DNA of 64,000 bases from Planctomycetota bacterium (GTDB taxonomy: Bacteria > Planctomycetota > SZUA-567 > H5-PLA8), in assembly GCA_038227875.1 (NCBI GenBank), contig JBBRPR010000011.1, positions 126,402 to 190,401 on the forward strand, in the 5' to 3' direction. The first letter of the stretch is position 1, and each line of letters opens with the position of its first letter. A program made the translations under genes and the position numbers. Under the pieces are notes generated by a model. That model searched no databases. It saw nothing but the letters and a program-made list of their open reading frames with translations, and was not told where the DNA came from. Positions 10,246-18,562 of this stretch are shown in pieces.

Positions 10246-11982
10246 ATGGCAACCAATAAAGCTTCCCGGGATTCAATGGTCGTAATCGCGGTGATCGTCG
10301 CCGCGTGCGTGATGATTCTGGCCAATCTGCTGGCCGATAAAAAGTTCGCCCGCATCGACCTGACCAAAGAAGGCCGCTACAGCCTCAGCCAGCCCTTCAC
10401 CAACATCATCGGCCGGCTCGACGACACGCTGCGCGTCACTTACTACGTCAGTGAAAAAGGGCCGGAAGGTTTCGAGCAGATCAAGCGCGACATGCTCGAC
10501 AAGCTCCAGGAAATCGAAACCGCCTCGAAGGGCAAGATCAAGGTCACGGCCATCGATCCGACCAACAACAAGGATCTTCGCGAACGCCTGACCAAAGAGA
10601 ACTTCCTGATCGAACTGATGGGCTTCCAGAAGGACCAGAAAACCATGTCGCGCGTCTTCAGCGGCCTGGAAATCACCTATCAGGCCAAGGACAAGATTCC
10701 GATCCCGCAGATCGGCCAGCCGGAAATGCTGGAGTACGCCATCGGCAGCAGCATCGTCGACCTGACCACGACCAAGAAGCCGATCATCGCCGTCTACGCG
10801 CCGCGCGGCGCCGGCGGTGGCCCGATGATGCCCGGCCAGCCTCAGGAAAGCGGCTTCGAGTGGATTTCGCAGGGACAGTGGGATCAGGAGAAGAAGTTCG
10901 ACATCAAGCAGGTCGACCTGACCGAAGGCAACACGATTCCGCCCGACACGTCGCTGTTCATGATGTTCCGCCCGCGCGATCTCAACGAGCGCCAGAAATA
11001 CGAAGTCGCCAGATACCTCGCCGGCGGTGGCAAGATGCTGCTGGCCGCCAGTTCGTTCAACGTCTCCTACGAATTCGGCGCGCGCGTCGAGAAGACGCCC
11101 TCGGGCCTCGAAGACTACCTGAAGGAACTGGGCGTCACGATGGGCCAGGATTTCATCGCCGACAACTCCAGCTTGAAGCTGCCCGTCCGCGACCCGTTCA
11201 ACCGCAACAACATCGTGCTGAAAACCTTTCCGCTCTTCATCAACATCCTGCAGGAAAACATCGACCAGGAATCGGTGCTCACCAAGCTGCTGCCCAACAT
11301 GGTGGTTTTAAGCCCCGCCGCCATTGCGCTCGACAACGCCAAGCTCGAAAAGAACAGTCTGAAAGGCACCGTGCTGGCGAAGACCTCCAAGCAGACCTGG
11401 GTCATTCCCTACGCCGACGGCATCGATCTGAACCGCGAAACGGAAGACGACGAAAACCGCAAGTACGACGGCTCCCGCAACGTCTTCGTGATGCTCGACG
11501 GACAGTTCCCGTTTAACTACGAAGGCAAGCCCGTGCCGGCGTGGGACCATGGCGGCGCGCCACCACCGCCCGATCAGAAAGACAAGAAGGACGAGAACGC
11601 CACCGTCGTCAAGAAACCCGGCTGGTTGGCGATCTTCTCCGGCCCGGAAGCCTTCCAGTCGCTCTACATCAATTCCCGCGACCTGGGTCAGTTCATGCAG
11701 AACAATGTCATGGTCGTGCGCAACATCACCGACAACTTCGGCATGGGCGACGACCTGATCCGCATGCGCACCAAGACTTACGAAGCGCGCACGATCAAGG
11801 CGCTGGGCGGAGCCGAGAACGACGTCAAACGCACTGTCCTGAAAGTGGCGCTGATTGGCGGGACGGCCACCGCCCTGTTCGTCTTCGCTTTGGGCTGGTT
11901 CCTCTTCCGCCGCGCAGCGCAGACGCGCTACGAACGCAGCTTCGCTCAAACCATTGGACCGTCGAGCTTCACCAATGATTAA
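10246..11982 (+). CDS. GldG-like ABC auxiliary protein
   Basis: N-terminal TM, RIDLTKEGRYSLS motif, YLAGGGKMLL, C-terminal TM; operon context. Confidence 0.88.
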   Translation: MATNKASRDSMVVIAVIVAACVMILANLLADKKFARIDLTKEGRYSLSQPFTNIIGRLDDTLRVTYYVSEKGPEGFEQIKRDMLDKLQEIETASKGKIKVTAIDPTNNKDLRERLTKENFLIELMGFQKDQKTMSRVFSGLEITYQAKDKIPIPQIGQPEMLEYAIGSSIVDLTTTKKPIIAVYAPRGAGGGPMMPGQPQESGFEWISQGQWDQEKKFDIKQVDLTEGNTIPPDTSLFMMFRPRDLNERQKYEVARYLAGGGKMLLAASSFNVSYEFGARVEKTPSGLEDYLKELGVTMGQDFIADNSSLKLPVRDPFNRNNIVLKTFPLFINILQENIDQESVLTKLLPNMVVLSPAAIALDNAKLEKNSLKGTVLAKTSKQTWVIPYADGIDLNRETEDDENRKYDGSRNVFVMLDGQFPFNYEGKPVPAWDHGGAPPPPDQKDKKDENATVVKKPGWLAIFSGPEAFQSLYINSRDLGQFMQNNVMVVRNITDNFGMGDDLIRMRTKTYEARTIKALGGAENDVKRTVLKVALIGGTATALFVFALGWFLFRRAAQTRYERSFAQTIGPSSFTND

Positions 11983-13234
11983 ACCTGGACTGATCTTCCT
12001 TCTCTTCGGCGCGTGCGTACTGCTCACGCTGGGCTTCTTTCTGGTTCAGGGACGCCGCGAGCCGCAGCTTCCCACCGAGCCGGGCAAGCCCATCGTCAAG
12101 CCCTTCGACATCAACTCGCCGCAGACCATCACCATCAAGAAGGGCGACGTCACGATCAAGCTCGAGAAGAAAGACAAGAACTGGATCATGACCAGCCTGA
12201 AGGATCGCGCTGTTAACAACGAGCGCGTGGTCATGCTGCTGAGCAACCTGAACATGGCCAAGATCGAAGACACGCGCGAGGGCAAGGAGACGGCCTTCTC
12301 GCTGGATGAAAAGAACCGCACCGAACTGACCGTCGATCGCGGCACGGAAAAAACCGTCCTCTACCTCGGCAAAACCGTCGAAGGCCTGAAGTGCTTCGTG
12401 CGCCGCGAACCGGCCGGCGAGATTTACGAAGTCGACAAGGCGCTCGATCAGAACTCCGGCGTCCGCGCCGAGAAGACCGACGAACGCCTGCTCGACCCCG
12501 CGTACTTTTTCGATCTGAAAATCCTCGCGATCAATCCTGACGACCTGATTGACATCGTCATCAAGAAAGACCACGACGTCGTCCGCCTGCAGAAAGTCGT
12601 CGCCGGCAAAGGCCCGCTGCAGCCCAAGCAGGAACTCGGCAAGGACGACCCCAAGCCCGTCTGGTGGCTGACCGAACCGGAAGGCTCCGCCGTCGACGAC
12701 GGTGCTGTCAACCGCATCACCTCGCAGCTGAACATCAATGCCAAGAGCTACGCCGACATGGTTCCCGAGAAGGACCGCGGTTTCGACAAGCCCACCGCGA
12801 AAGTAAAAGTGCGTCTCAAAGACGGCAGCGAACACACGCTGGTCTTCGGCAAAGTCGACAACCAGGACGTGATCCTGCAGGTCGAAGGCCGCAGCGATCC
12901 GTACAAGATCGACAAGTACGTCTACGACGCACTGGTCCAGAACGCCGCCGACCTGAAAAAGAAGGACATCGCCGATCCGACCGAGTCCAGCAAACCGCGC
13001 AGCGACGCCCAGCCACCGCACGGCCCGCCCCACGCTCCACCGAACGGTCAGCCCCAGCTCACGCCCGAGCAGATCGAGATGATCAAGAAGCAGATCCAGG
13101 CCCAGCGCCCGTCGATCCCCGCTCCCCCACCCGCCGTCCCCGAGCAGAAACCCGCGCTTCCCCCCGCCGTCGTCAAGCCCGGCGAGGAGCAGAAGAAGGT
13201 CGACATGCCCAAGGGCGATGAGCTTAAGAAGTAG
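11975..13234 (+). CDS. DUF4340-like membrane-anchored protein with Pro-rich tail
   Basis: ATG overlaps the upstream stop; N-terminal TM; two repeated beta-rich modules; usual fourth gene of GldA/F/G modules. Confidence 0.78.
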   Translation: MIKPGLIFLLFGACVLLTLGFFLVQGRREPQLPTEPGKPIVKPFDINSPQTITIKKGDVTIKLEKKDKNWIMTSLKDRAVNNERVVMLLSNLNMAKIEDTREGKETAFSLDEKNRTELTVDRGTEKTVLYLGKTVEGLKCFVRREPAGEIYEVDKALDQNSGVRAEKTDERLLDPAYFFDLKILAINPDDLIDIVIKKDHDVVRLQKVVAGKGPLQPKQELGKDDPKPVWWLTEPEGSAVDDGAVNRITSQLNINAKSYADMVPEKDRGFDKPTAKVKVRLKDGSEHTLVFGKVDNQDVILQVEGRSDPYKIDKYVYDALVQNAADLKKKDIADPTESSKPRSDAQPPHGPPHAPPNGQPQLTPEQIEMIKKQIQAQRPSIPAPPPAVPEQKPALPPAVVKPGEEQKKVDMPKGDELKK

Positions 13235-13614
13235 CGCGCTGACGCGCGAGGGGCGAGGGGCCAGAGATAGGCGCGTGCACGGAAACCATAAACTTAACGC
13301 CGAGGCAACTCAGCGATAAATGTTCCATTGAAATCAAAGGCTAAAAATCGAATTGTCGAATCCAAGTTCGATGATTTCGCAAAATCTGCTGCCTCCTCAA
13401 GCCGGTTAAAAATTCTATAAGGAAGCTGCTGGTCTACAGAGCGGAAAACGGCGCGGCGACTCTGAGCTCGCCCCCCGTTTGTGCCATGTCAACAGGCCGT
13501 GACTAATCCAATTCCAATAAAATAATCCGAACTTTTTGTCGTCCGCAACTCATTTAATTTCAATTACTAACGACCAAATATCAATCTCATATTAGGAATC
13601 TATTTGGTTTTGTC

Positions 13615-13644
13615 TTGAACTTCGGTCTATTCATGGCGTATACT
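13615..13644 (+). promoter_or_regulatory. Sigma70-type promoter for the ParB-like gene
   Basis: TTGAAC-18 bp-TATACT in an AT-rich intergenic region; TAAGGAG RBS downstream. Confidence 0.55.
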
Positions 13645-13696
13645 CTTAGTATCAGGTTCTCAACCGGAGGACCTATTTTATAAGGAGTAGGTTGCC

Positions 13697-14695
13697 ATGC
13701 AACCCCTTCACGAAACTGCGGCTCAGTCCGCGAACAACAGCAACACAGGGGCTCCCGCCGAATCAGCCCCGCAGACACAACCGGTCTTGGAAACCGGACC
13801 GGAATTGCCGATCCACGCTTCAGCGGCGATCTTCCCGCCGATGCGCGAATCGGAGTTCGAAGCGCTCGTCGCCGACATTCGCGAAAAGGGCCAGCTCGAA
13901 GCCGTCTGGCTCTGGCAAGGCCAGGTCATCGACGGCCGCCACCGCGTGCTCGCATGTCAGAAACTCGGCCTGACGCCGAAAACACGCGAGTGGGATGGGC
14001 AAGGCTCGCTGCTCGAATTCATCGTCTCCGCAAACCTGCGGCGGCGGCACTTGAAGGAGAATCAGCGCGCGATGGTGGCGGCGCGGATGTTGCCGCACTT
14101 CGAAGAGGAAGCATTCCTGCGCAGGAATGTCAAAGGTGTGGTCAAAAGCCAACATGGGGAAAATTTTCCCCATCCTGACCTCGGTCGAGCGAAGGACCAC
14201 GCGGGAAGAGTCCTTAACATTTCCGGTAAGAGTGTGGGCTTTGCTCGCAATCTTCTCGACCACGGCATCCCCGCTCTGATCGCCCGCGTCGACACCGGCC
14301 AACTCGCAGTCTCGACGGCCGCGAAGATCGCCGCGCTTCCGTCGGAGGAACAAACCCGGCTGCTCGCGCTGAGCAAACGCGAGTTGCTACAGGCGTTACG
14401 GCCGGAGGTTTCCGCGCCACCGGAAACACCACCAGTGCCGCCTGCTCCGCAATGCCTGCGCACCGAAGCTGAAAAGCAGTTCGATTGGGACTTGTTGCGC
14501 AAGTTTGGCCCGGAGGGCGAGGCCACGTTCGACGTATGCGACGATGGCATTCATTTGAGCGTGCCGGAGCGCTGCGCGAAGATCGAACTGATTCGCATTG
14601 TCCAAAACCCTCACTTCCACGAGCTGCTCAAACACGGCCCGCTGGTCTTGCGTTTTCAGGAGATGTGGACCCCGTTGCCAGGCTCATCAACCTGA
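13697..14695 (+). CDS. Orphan ParB/Srx N-terminal-domain protein with HTH
   Basis: IHASAAIFPPM..EFEALVADIREKGQLEAV..VIDGRHRVLAC, SANLRRRHL..QRAMVA, and the HTH-like segment AGRVLNISGKSV. Confidence 0.82.
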   Translation: MQPLHETAAQSANNSNTGAPAESAPQTQPVLETGPELPIHASAAIFPPMRESEFEALVADIREKGQLEAVWLWQGQVIDGRHRVLACQKLGLTPKTREWDGQGSLLEFIVSANLRRRHLKENQRAMVAARMLPHFEEEAFLRRNVKGVVKSQHGENFPHPDLGRAKDHAGRVLNISGKSVGFARNLLDHGIPALIARVDTGQLAVSTAAKIAALPSEEQTRLLALSKRELLQALRPEVSAPPETPPVPPAPQCLRTEAEKQFDWDLLRKFGPEGEATFDVCDDGIHLSVPERCAKIELIRIVQNPHFHELLKHGPLVLRFQEMWTPLPGSST

Positions 14696-14705
14696 AGTCA
14701 TCGTT

Positions 14706-14741
14706 AAAAAAAAATCCCCCGCAGCATGCGGGGGATTTCTT
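14706..14741. terminator. Bidirectional intrinsic terminator between the convergent ParB-like gene and ftsK
   Basis: A-tract, AAATCCCCCGCA-GCA-TGCGGGGGATTT stem, then T-rich tail. Confidence 0.85.
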
Positions 14742-14770
14742 GTTCGCCATTCGACATTCCGTTTTCGACT

Positions 14771-17728
14771 CTATTCCTCGGCTTCGTCCTCGACGTCCTT
14801 CACGCCATCAACGTCGTCCAGCTGCGCGATCAGAGCGGGATTCAGCTCTTCGCCGACTTCCGTGCCGGGGTTCTCAGCGGCGACGCTGGCGGCGACGCTC
14901 GACTGCGGACCCGGGTTGTCCTTGCTGCCCAGCGCGCCGAACGCGGAGCCGTTGTTGTTGGCGCGGACGCGCTTGAACTGATCCCAGCTGTCCTGCGTGA
15001 TCAGCAGCTCGCGGCCCTTGGCGCCGCGATCCGGACCGACAATGCCGCGCGCTTCCATCTGGTCGCAGAGCTTCGCGGCACGGGTATAACCCAGTCCCAT
15101 GCGGCGCTGCAGCAGCGAGGTTGAGGCGCGTTTCATCACCAGGAACACTTCCACGGCTTCGTCGAACTTCTCGTCGAGCTCGATGGCCTGGCGGTTGTTC
15201 TCCGGCGCGTCCTCGTCTTCGCCGCTGCTCAGGACCTGAGCGGCGACGCGTTCGACTTCTTCGCTGTATTCCGGTTCCGCCTGGTCCTTGCAGAACTTCA
15301 CCACGTTGCGGATTTCATCGTCGGCGATGTAGACGCCCTTGGCGCGGGTCAGGTTCGAATTTCCCGCTCCGATGTAGAGCATGTCGCCCTTGCCGGCCAG
15401 CTTGTCGGCGCCGCCCTGATCCAGCACGATGCGGCTGTCGATCTTGCTCTTCACCTGGAAGCAGATGCGGCAGGGCAAGTTGGTCTTGATCAAGCCCGTG
15501 ACCACATCGGCGCTCGGACGCTGCGTGGCGAGGATCACGTGAATGCCGGCGGCGCGCGCCTTCTGCGCCAACCGGGCGATGGCCTGTTCGATTTCCTTGC
15601 CGGCGGTCATCATCAGGTCGGCGAATTCGTCGACGATGATCACGATGTACGGCATCGGATCGATGTAGTCGTCGGCATCCGCGCCTTGCGGCAGACGCGC
15701 CAGCCGTTCTTCGCGCGGCATCTTGTTGAACGTCGCGATGTTGCGCACGCCCACGTGGCTCATGCGTTCGTAGCGCTGTTCCATCTTCTGCACAGCCCAC
15801 GTCAGCACGCCGGCGGCCAACTTCATGTCGGTGACGACCGGCGAGAGCAGATGCGGAATGCCCTTGAAGTCCGTCATTTCGACCTGCTTGGGATCGACCA
15901 GGATCAGCTTCACTTCATGCGGCTTGCGCAGGATCATGATGCTCAGGATGATCGAGTTCACGCAGACGGACTTTCCGGAACCGGTCGTTCCGGCGATCAA
16001 CAAGTGCGGCATCGTGGCCAGGTCGGCGACCAGGGGATTGCCGACGGCGTCGCGGCCCAGGATCAACGGCAGCGTCCACTGCTTGCTGCGGAACTGCGGC
16101 GATTCCAGGATCGGGCGCATGCGCACGGTATGGTCTTCGGTGTTGGGAATTTCGATGCCAATCGTGGCCTTGCCCGGAATCGGCGCGATGATGCGCACGC
16201 CGTTTTCGGCCTTCATCGCCATCGCCAGATTGTCCTGCAGGCTGACGACGCGCTGAACCTTGATGCCCGGGTCGAGTTCCAGTTCATACATCGTTACTGT
16301 CGGGCCGCTCTGAATGCCCGCCAGCTTCGCGCCGATCTTGAAGTCCCACAGCGTCTGGATCACCGTCGCGCCGCGGTCCTTCAGCGATTCGCTGGTGACC
16401 GGCGGCGTGATGTCGTTGGGGATCAGCACGTCGTACTTGGGCAAATCGTAGTTGATCGGCAGCTTGGGCTTGGGCGGCGCTTCGACGGCATCGCCGTCCT
16501 CTTCCGCGCCCTCTTCGGTCTTCGGAGCGTGCTTGGCCGCTTCTTCGGCCATCGCAGCGGCGAACTTCTCCTGATTCTTCGCCTTCTCCTTGTCCTGAAC
16601 CGCGCGCTCTTTCTCAAGCTTCTCCAGAGCCTTGGCTTCCTTGGCGTACTGTTCCTTCTGCTGCTTCTCGCGGGCGAGGCGTTCGTTCTCGGCGGCTTCG
16701 GCTTGGCGTAGAGCTTCCTGGCGGCGGCGTTCGGTTTCGTCGGCGTCGCTGGCGGCCTGGATTTCAGCCTTGGACAGTTTCTTCTCGGCCTTGGCGTTGT
16801 CGATTTCTTCCGTGTTGCGGGCGTTCAGCAGCGGAATCTTGCGCTCGGCCGTTTCGGTCTCCTTCGGAGCCTTCTTCCGTTCGGCGCGTTCAGCCTTCTC
16901 CAGTTTATCGACCTGCGCGGCCAGTTCTTCGGCGGCGATCTCGGCCTTCGAACGGCCGTCGCTGGCACCGCGCGCCTTGGCGGCGGCATTTTCAGCGAAG
17001 ACATTCACGCGGCTGACGTTCTCTTCGACCTGCGGCTTGGCCTGCTGACCGCGGAGGCGCAGTATATCGTTGGCCGAGGTGTTGGCGATGCTTCCGGCAG
17101 TTCCGGCCACAGCGGGAGTCATCGTATTCGGCATGCGGCCGATCACCCAATCCGCCACGACATGCGCGGTCGCGGTGATGCCGCGGCCGAGCAGCGACAG
17201 TCCCACTTCCGTTGCACGGGGCGCCATTAGCAGACAGGAGAGCAGGCTGATCAACCCCAGGACCAGGAAGACGCCGACGTTTCCAAAGTAGTTGATGAGT
17301 GTAGGTGCGAGCAGTTGGTTGCCGAGCAATCCGCCAGCTCCGGCGGGATAGTCAGCAACATGCAGCGCAGCCGGGCGGTCCATCGCGCCGCACCAAGCAC
17401 ACACCAGCGCGATCACCAGCGCCGCTCCAGCGCAGCGGATGGCGATGTTGGAGATCGACTTGGTGACGCAAATGATGCCGCCAAAGACGACCGCCAGCGC
17501 CATGATCACCCAGGCGCCGACGCCGTACATGCAAAGTGTATAATGAGCCAACCAGGCGCCGATCCACCCCGCCTTGTTTTCAATTTCGCCCGAAGCTCCG
17601 GCGTGATAATCCATCACGTCAAACGGCGAATTCGAATACAGACTGACGAGCAGAAACAGACCTACGCAGACGAGACCCAACCCGGTGACCACAGCCGTGG
17701 ACTCGCGGGTGTTTTCGCTGTTCATCAC
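14771..17728 (-). CDS. ftsK: DNA translocase FtsK
   Basis: N-terminal TM domain, charged linker, PHLLIAGTTGSGKS, IIVDEFADLMM, LATQRPS, gamma domain ASTSLLQRRMGLGYTRAA. Confidence 0.97.
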   Translation of the reverse strand: MMNSENTRESTAVVTGLGLVCVGLFLLVSLYSNSPFDVMDYHAGASGEIENKAGWIGAWLAHYTLCMYGVGAWVIMALAVVFGGIICVTKSISNIAIRCAGAALVIALVCAWCGAMDRPAALHVADYPAGAGGLLGNQLLAPTLINYFGNVGVFLVLGLISLLSCLLMAPRATEVGLSLLGRGITATAHVVADWVIGRMPNTMTPAVAGTAGSIANTSANDILRLRGQQAKPQVEENVSRVNVFAENAAAKARGASDGRSKAEIAAEELAAQVDKLEKAERAERKKAPKETETAERKIPLLNARNTEEIDNAKAEKKLSKAEIQAASDADETERRRQEALRQAEAAENERLAREKQQKEQYAKEAKALEKLEKERAVQDKEKAKNQEKFAAAMAEEAAKHAPKTEEGAEEDGDAVEAPPKPKLPINYDLPKYDVLIPNDITPPVTSESLKDRGATVIQTLWDFKIGAKLAGIQSGPTVTMYELELDPGIKVQRVVSLQDNLAMAMKAENGVRIIAPIPGKATIGIEIPNTEDHTVRMRPILESPQFRSKQWTLPLILGRDAVGNPLVADLATMPHLLIAGTTGSGKSVCVNSIILSIMILRKPHEVKLILVDPKQVEMTDFKGIPHLLSPVVTDMKLAAGVLTWAVQKMEQRYERMSHVGVRNIATFNKMPREERLARLPQGADADDYIDPMPYIVIIVDEFADLMMTAGKEIEQAIARLAQKARAAGIHVILATQRPSADVVTGLIKTNLPCRICFQVKSKIDSRIVLDQGGADKLAGKGDMLYIGAGNSNLTRAKGVYIADDEIRNVVKFCKDQAEPEYSEEVERVAAQVLSSGEDEDAPENNRQAIELDEKFDEAVEVFLVMKRASTSLLQRRMGLGYTRAAKLCDQMEARGIVGPDRGAKGRELLITQDSWDQFKRVRANNNGSAFGALGSKDNPGPQSSVAASVAAENPGTEVGEELNPALIAQLDDVDGVKDVEDEAEE

Positions 17729-17879
17729 TCCCCTCCCCCATCATGAAGAAATGACGTACCGCTTGAGCCCGCAGAAAAACTCCCCGCGGACTCCTCTCTT
17801 GAATTGTCAAGACAGCAAGCTCATATCGGCATTTCAAGGTGCAGACGTTAGCGGAATAGAATGGGGGAATCTTCCCCAA

Positions 17880-18081
17880 GAGGGTGGGTGCGTAGCGAAC
17901 AAGAACCTCGTCGGCACGCTGGCGTCAACGAGCAAGGGTGCCGAGAAGACGGAAGGCCGGTTCGGCCTAATCGCTCTTCCGTGTTCTCGGGACCCAAATT
18001 TGACTAAGCAGAGGCACGGCCGAAGTTCTTGTTCGTTCTGATCACCCATCCGATTTCTTCGAAATCGGATGGGCTACCCTC
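17880..18081 (+). ncRNA. Candidate structured ncRNA (6S-RNA-like long hairpin)
   Basis: Pairings 17882-90/18043-51, 17895-906/18025-36, 17936-39/17992-95, 17941-47/17984-90, 17949-55/17976-82. G-U pairs favour the + strand. TAGAAT -10 at 17857-62. Confidence 0.45.
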
Positions 18082-18190
18082 GCGGGTAAATCAGGCACAT
18101 AAATCGAAGTCACTCCGACTAAATTGTACTGAGTCACGCGGCAAGTTTGACAACTGTTCAAAAAACTACGGTCGGTTCTGCTGAATTAGC

Positions 18191-18219
18191 TTGACCGCCA
18201 GCAAAGCAAGGGCTACTCT
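18191..18219 (+). promoter_or_regulatory. Sigma70 promoter for SRP RNA / dnaX cluster
   Basis: TTGACC-17 bp-TACTCT. Confidence 0.6.
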
Positions 18220-18275
18220 TTTGGCATACGGAGTGCGTAAGCAGCAGGATCAGTTTGGCAACATCGGAGGCGTCG

Positions 18276-18398
18276 GGAGTTTCGATCCGGAGCCAGGCCC
18301 CATGATATGAGGGGGGACGAACCTGGTCAGGGCGAAAGCAGCAGCCATAAATCTTTCTACTCATGTTCGTGGGTCACCTGGCTCTGGTTTGAAACTCC
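18276..18398 (+). ncRNA. ffs: Signal recognition particle RNA (4.5S-type)
   Basis: Helix-8-like AACCTGGTCAGGGCGAAAGCAGCAGCCATA with a GNRA tetraloop; flanking stems GAGCCAGG/CCTGGCTC and GGAGTTTC/GAAACTCC; lies just upstream of dnaX. Confidence 0.9.
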
Positions 18399-18562
18399 TT
18401 ACCCTCGCAAGTACATAGAAGTATTGAAGTAGCAACGACGGACCAGACGAAAACGCCCCTCAGCTTGCAGATGTGCAATGCGGACAGCCGCTTTGTTGGG
18501 TATGTTTTTGTCTTTTCGCTTAGTTCGGCAGTTTTGGCTGGTTTTGAGTTGATCGGAGCAGT

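Noticed and set aside
8520..13234. Gliding motility system
   Set aside because: GldA/F/G-DUF4340 modules are widespread in non-gliding bacteria and no other gld/spr genes are in the window.
13235..13696. Replication origin (AT-rich region near ParB-like gene and ftsK)
   Set aside because: No TTATCCACA-type DnaA boxes seen and no dnaA/dnaN adjacent.
18043..18077. Stand-alone GTAG-type REP element (minus strand GTAG plus 13-bp palindrome)
   Set aside because: Only one copy in the window and it overlaps the candidate ncRNA; a genome-wide count is needed.
18226..18275. tRNA upstream of ffs
   Set aside because: No cloverleaf or T-loop consensus.
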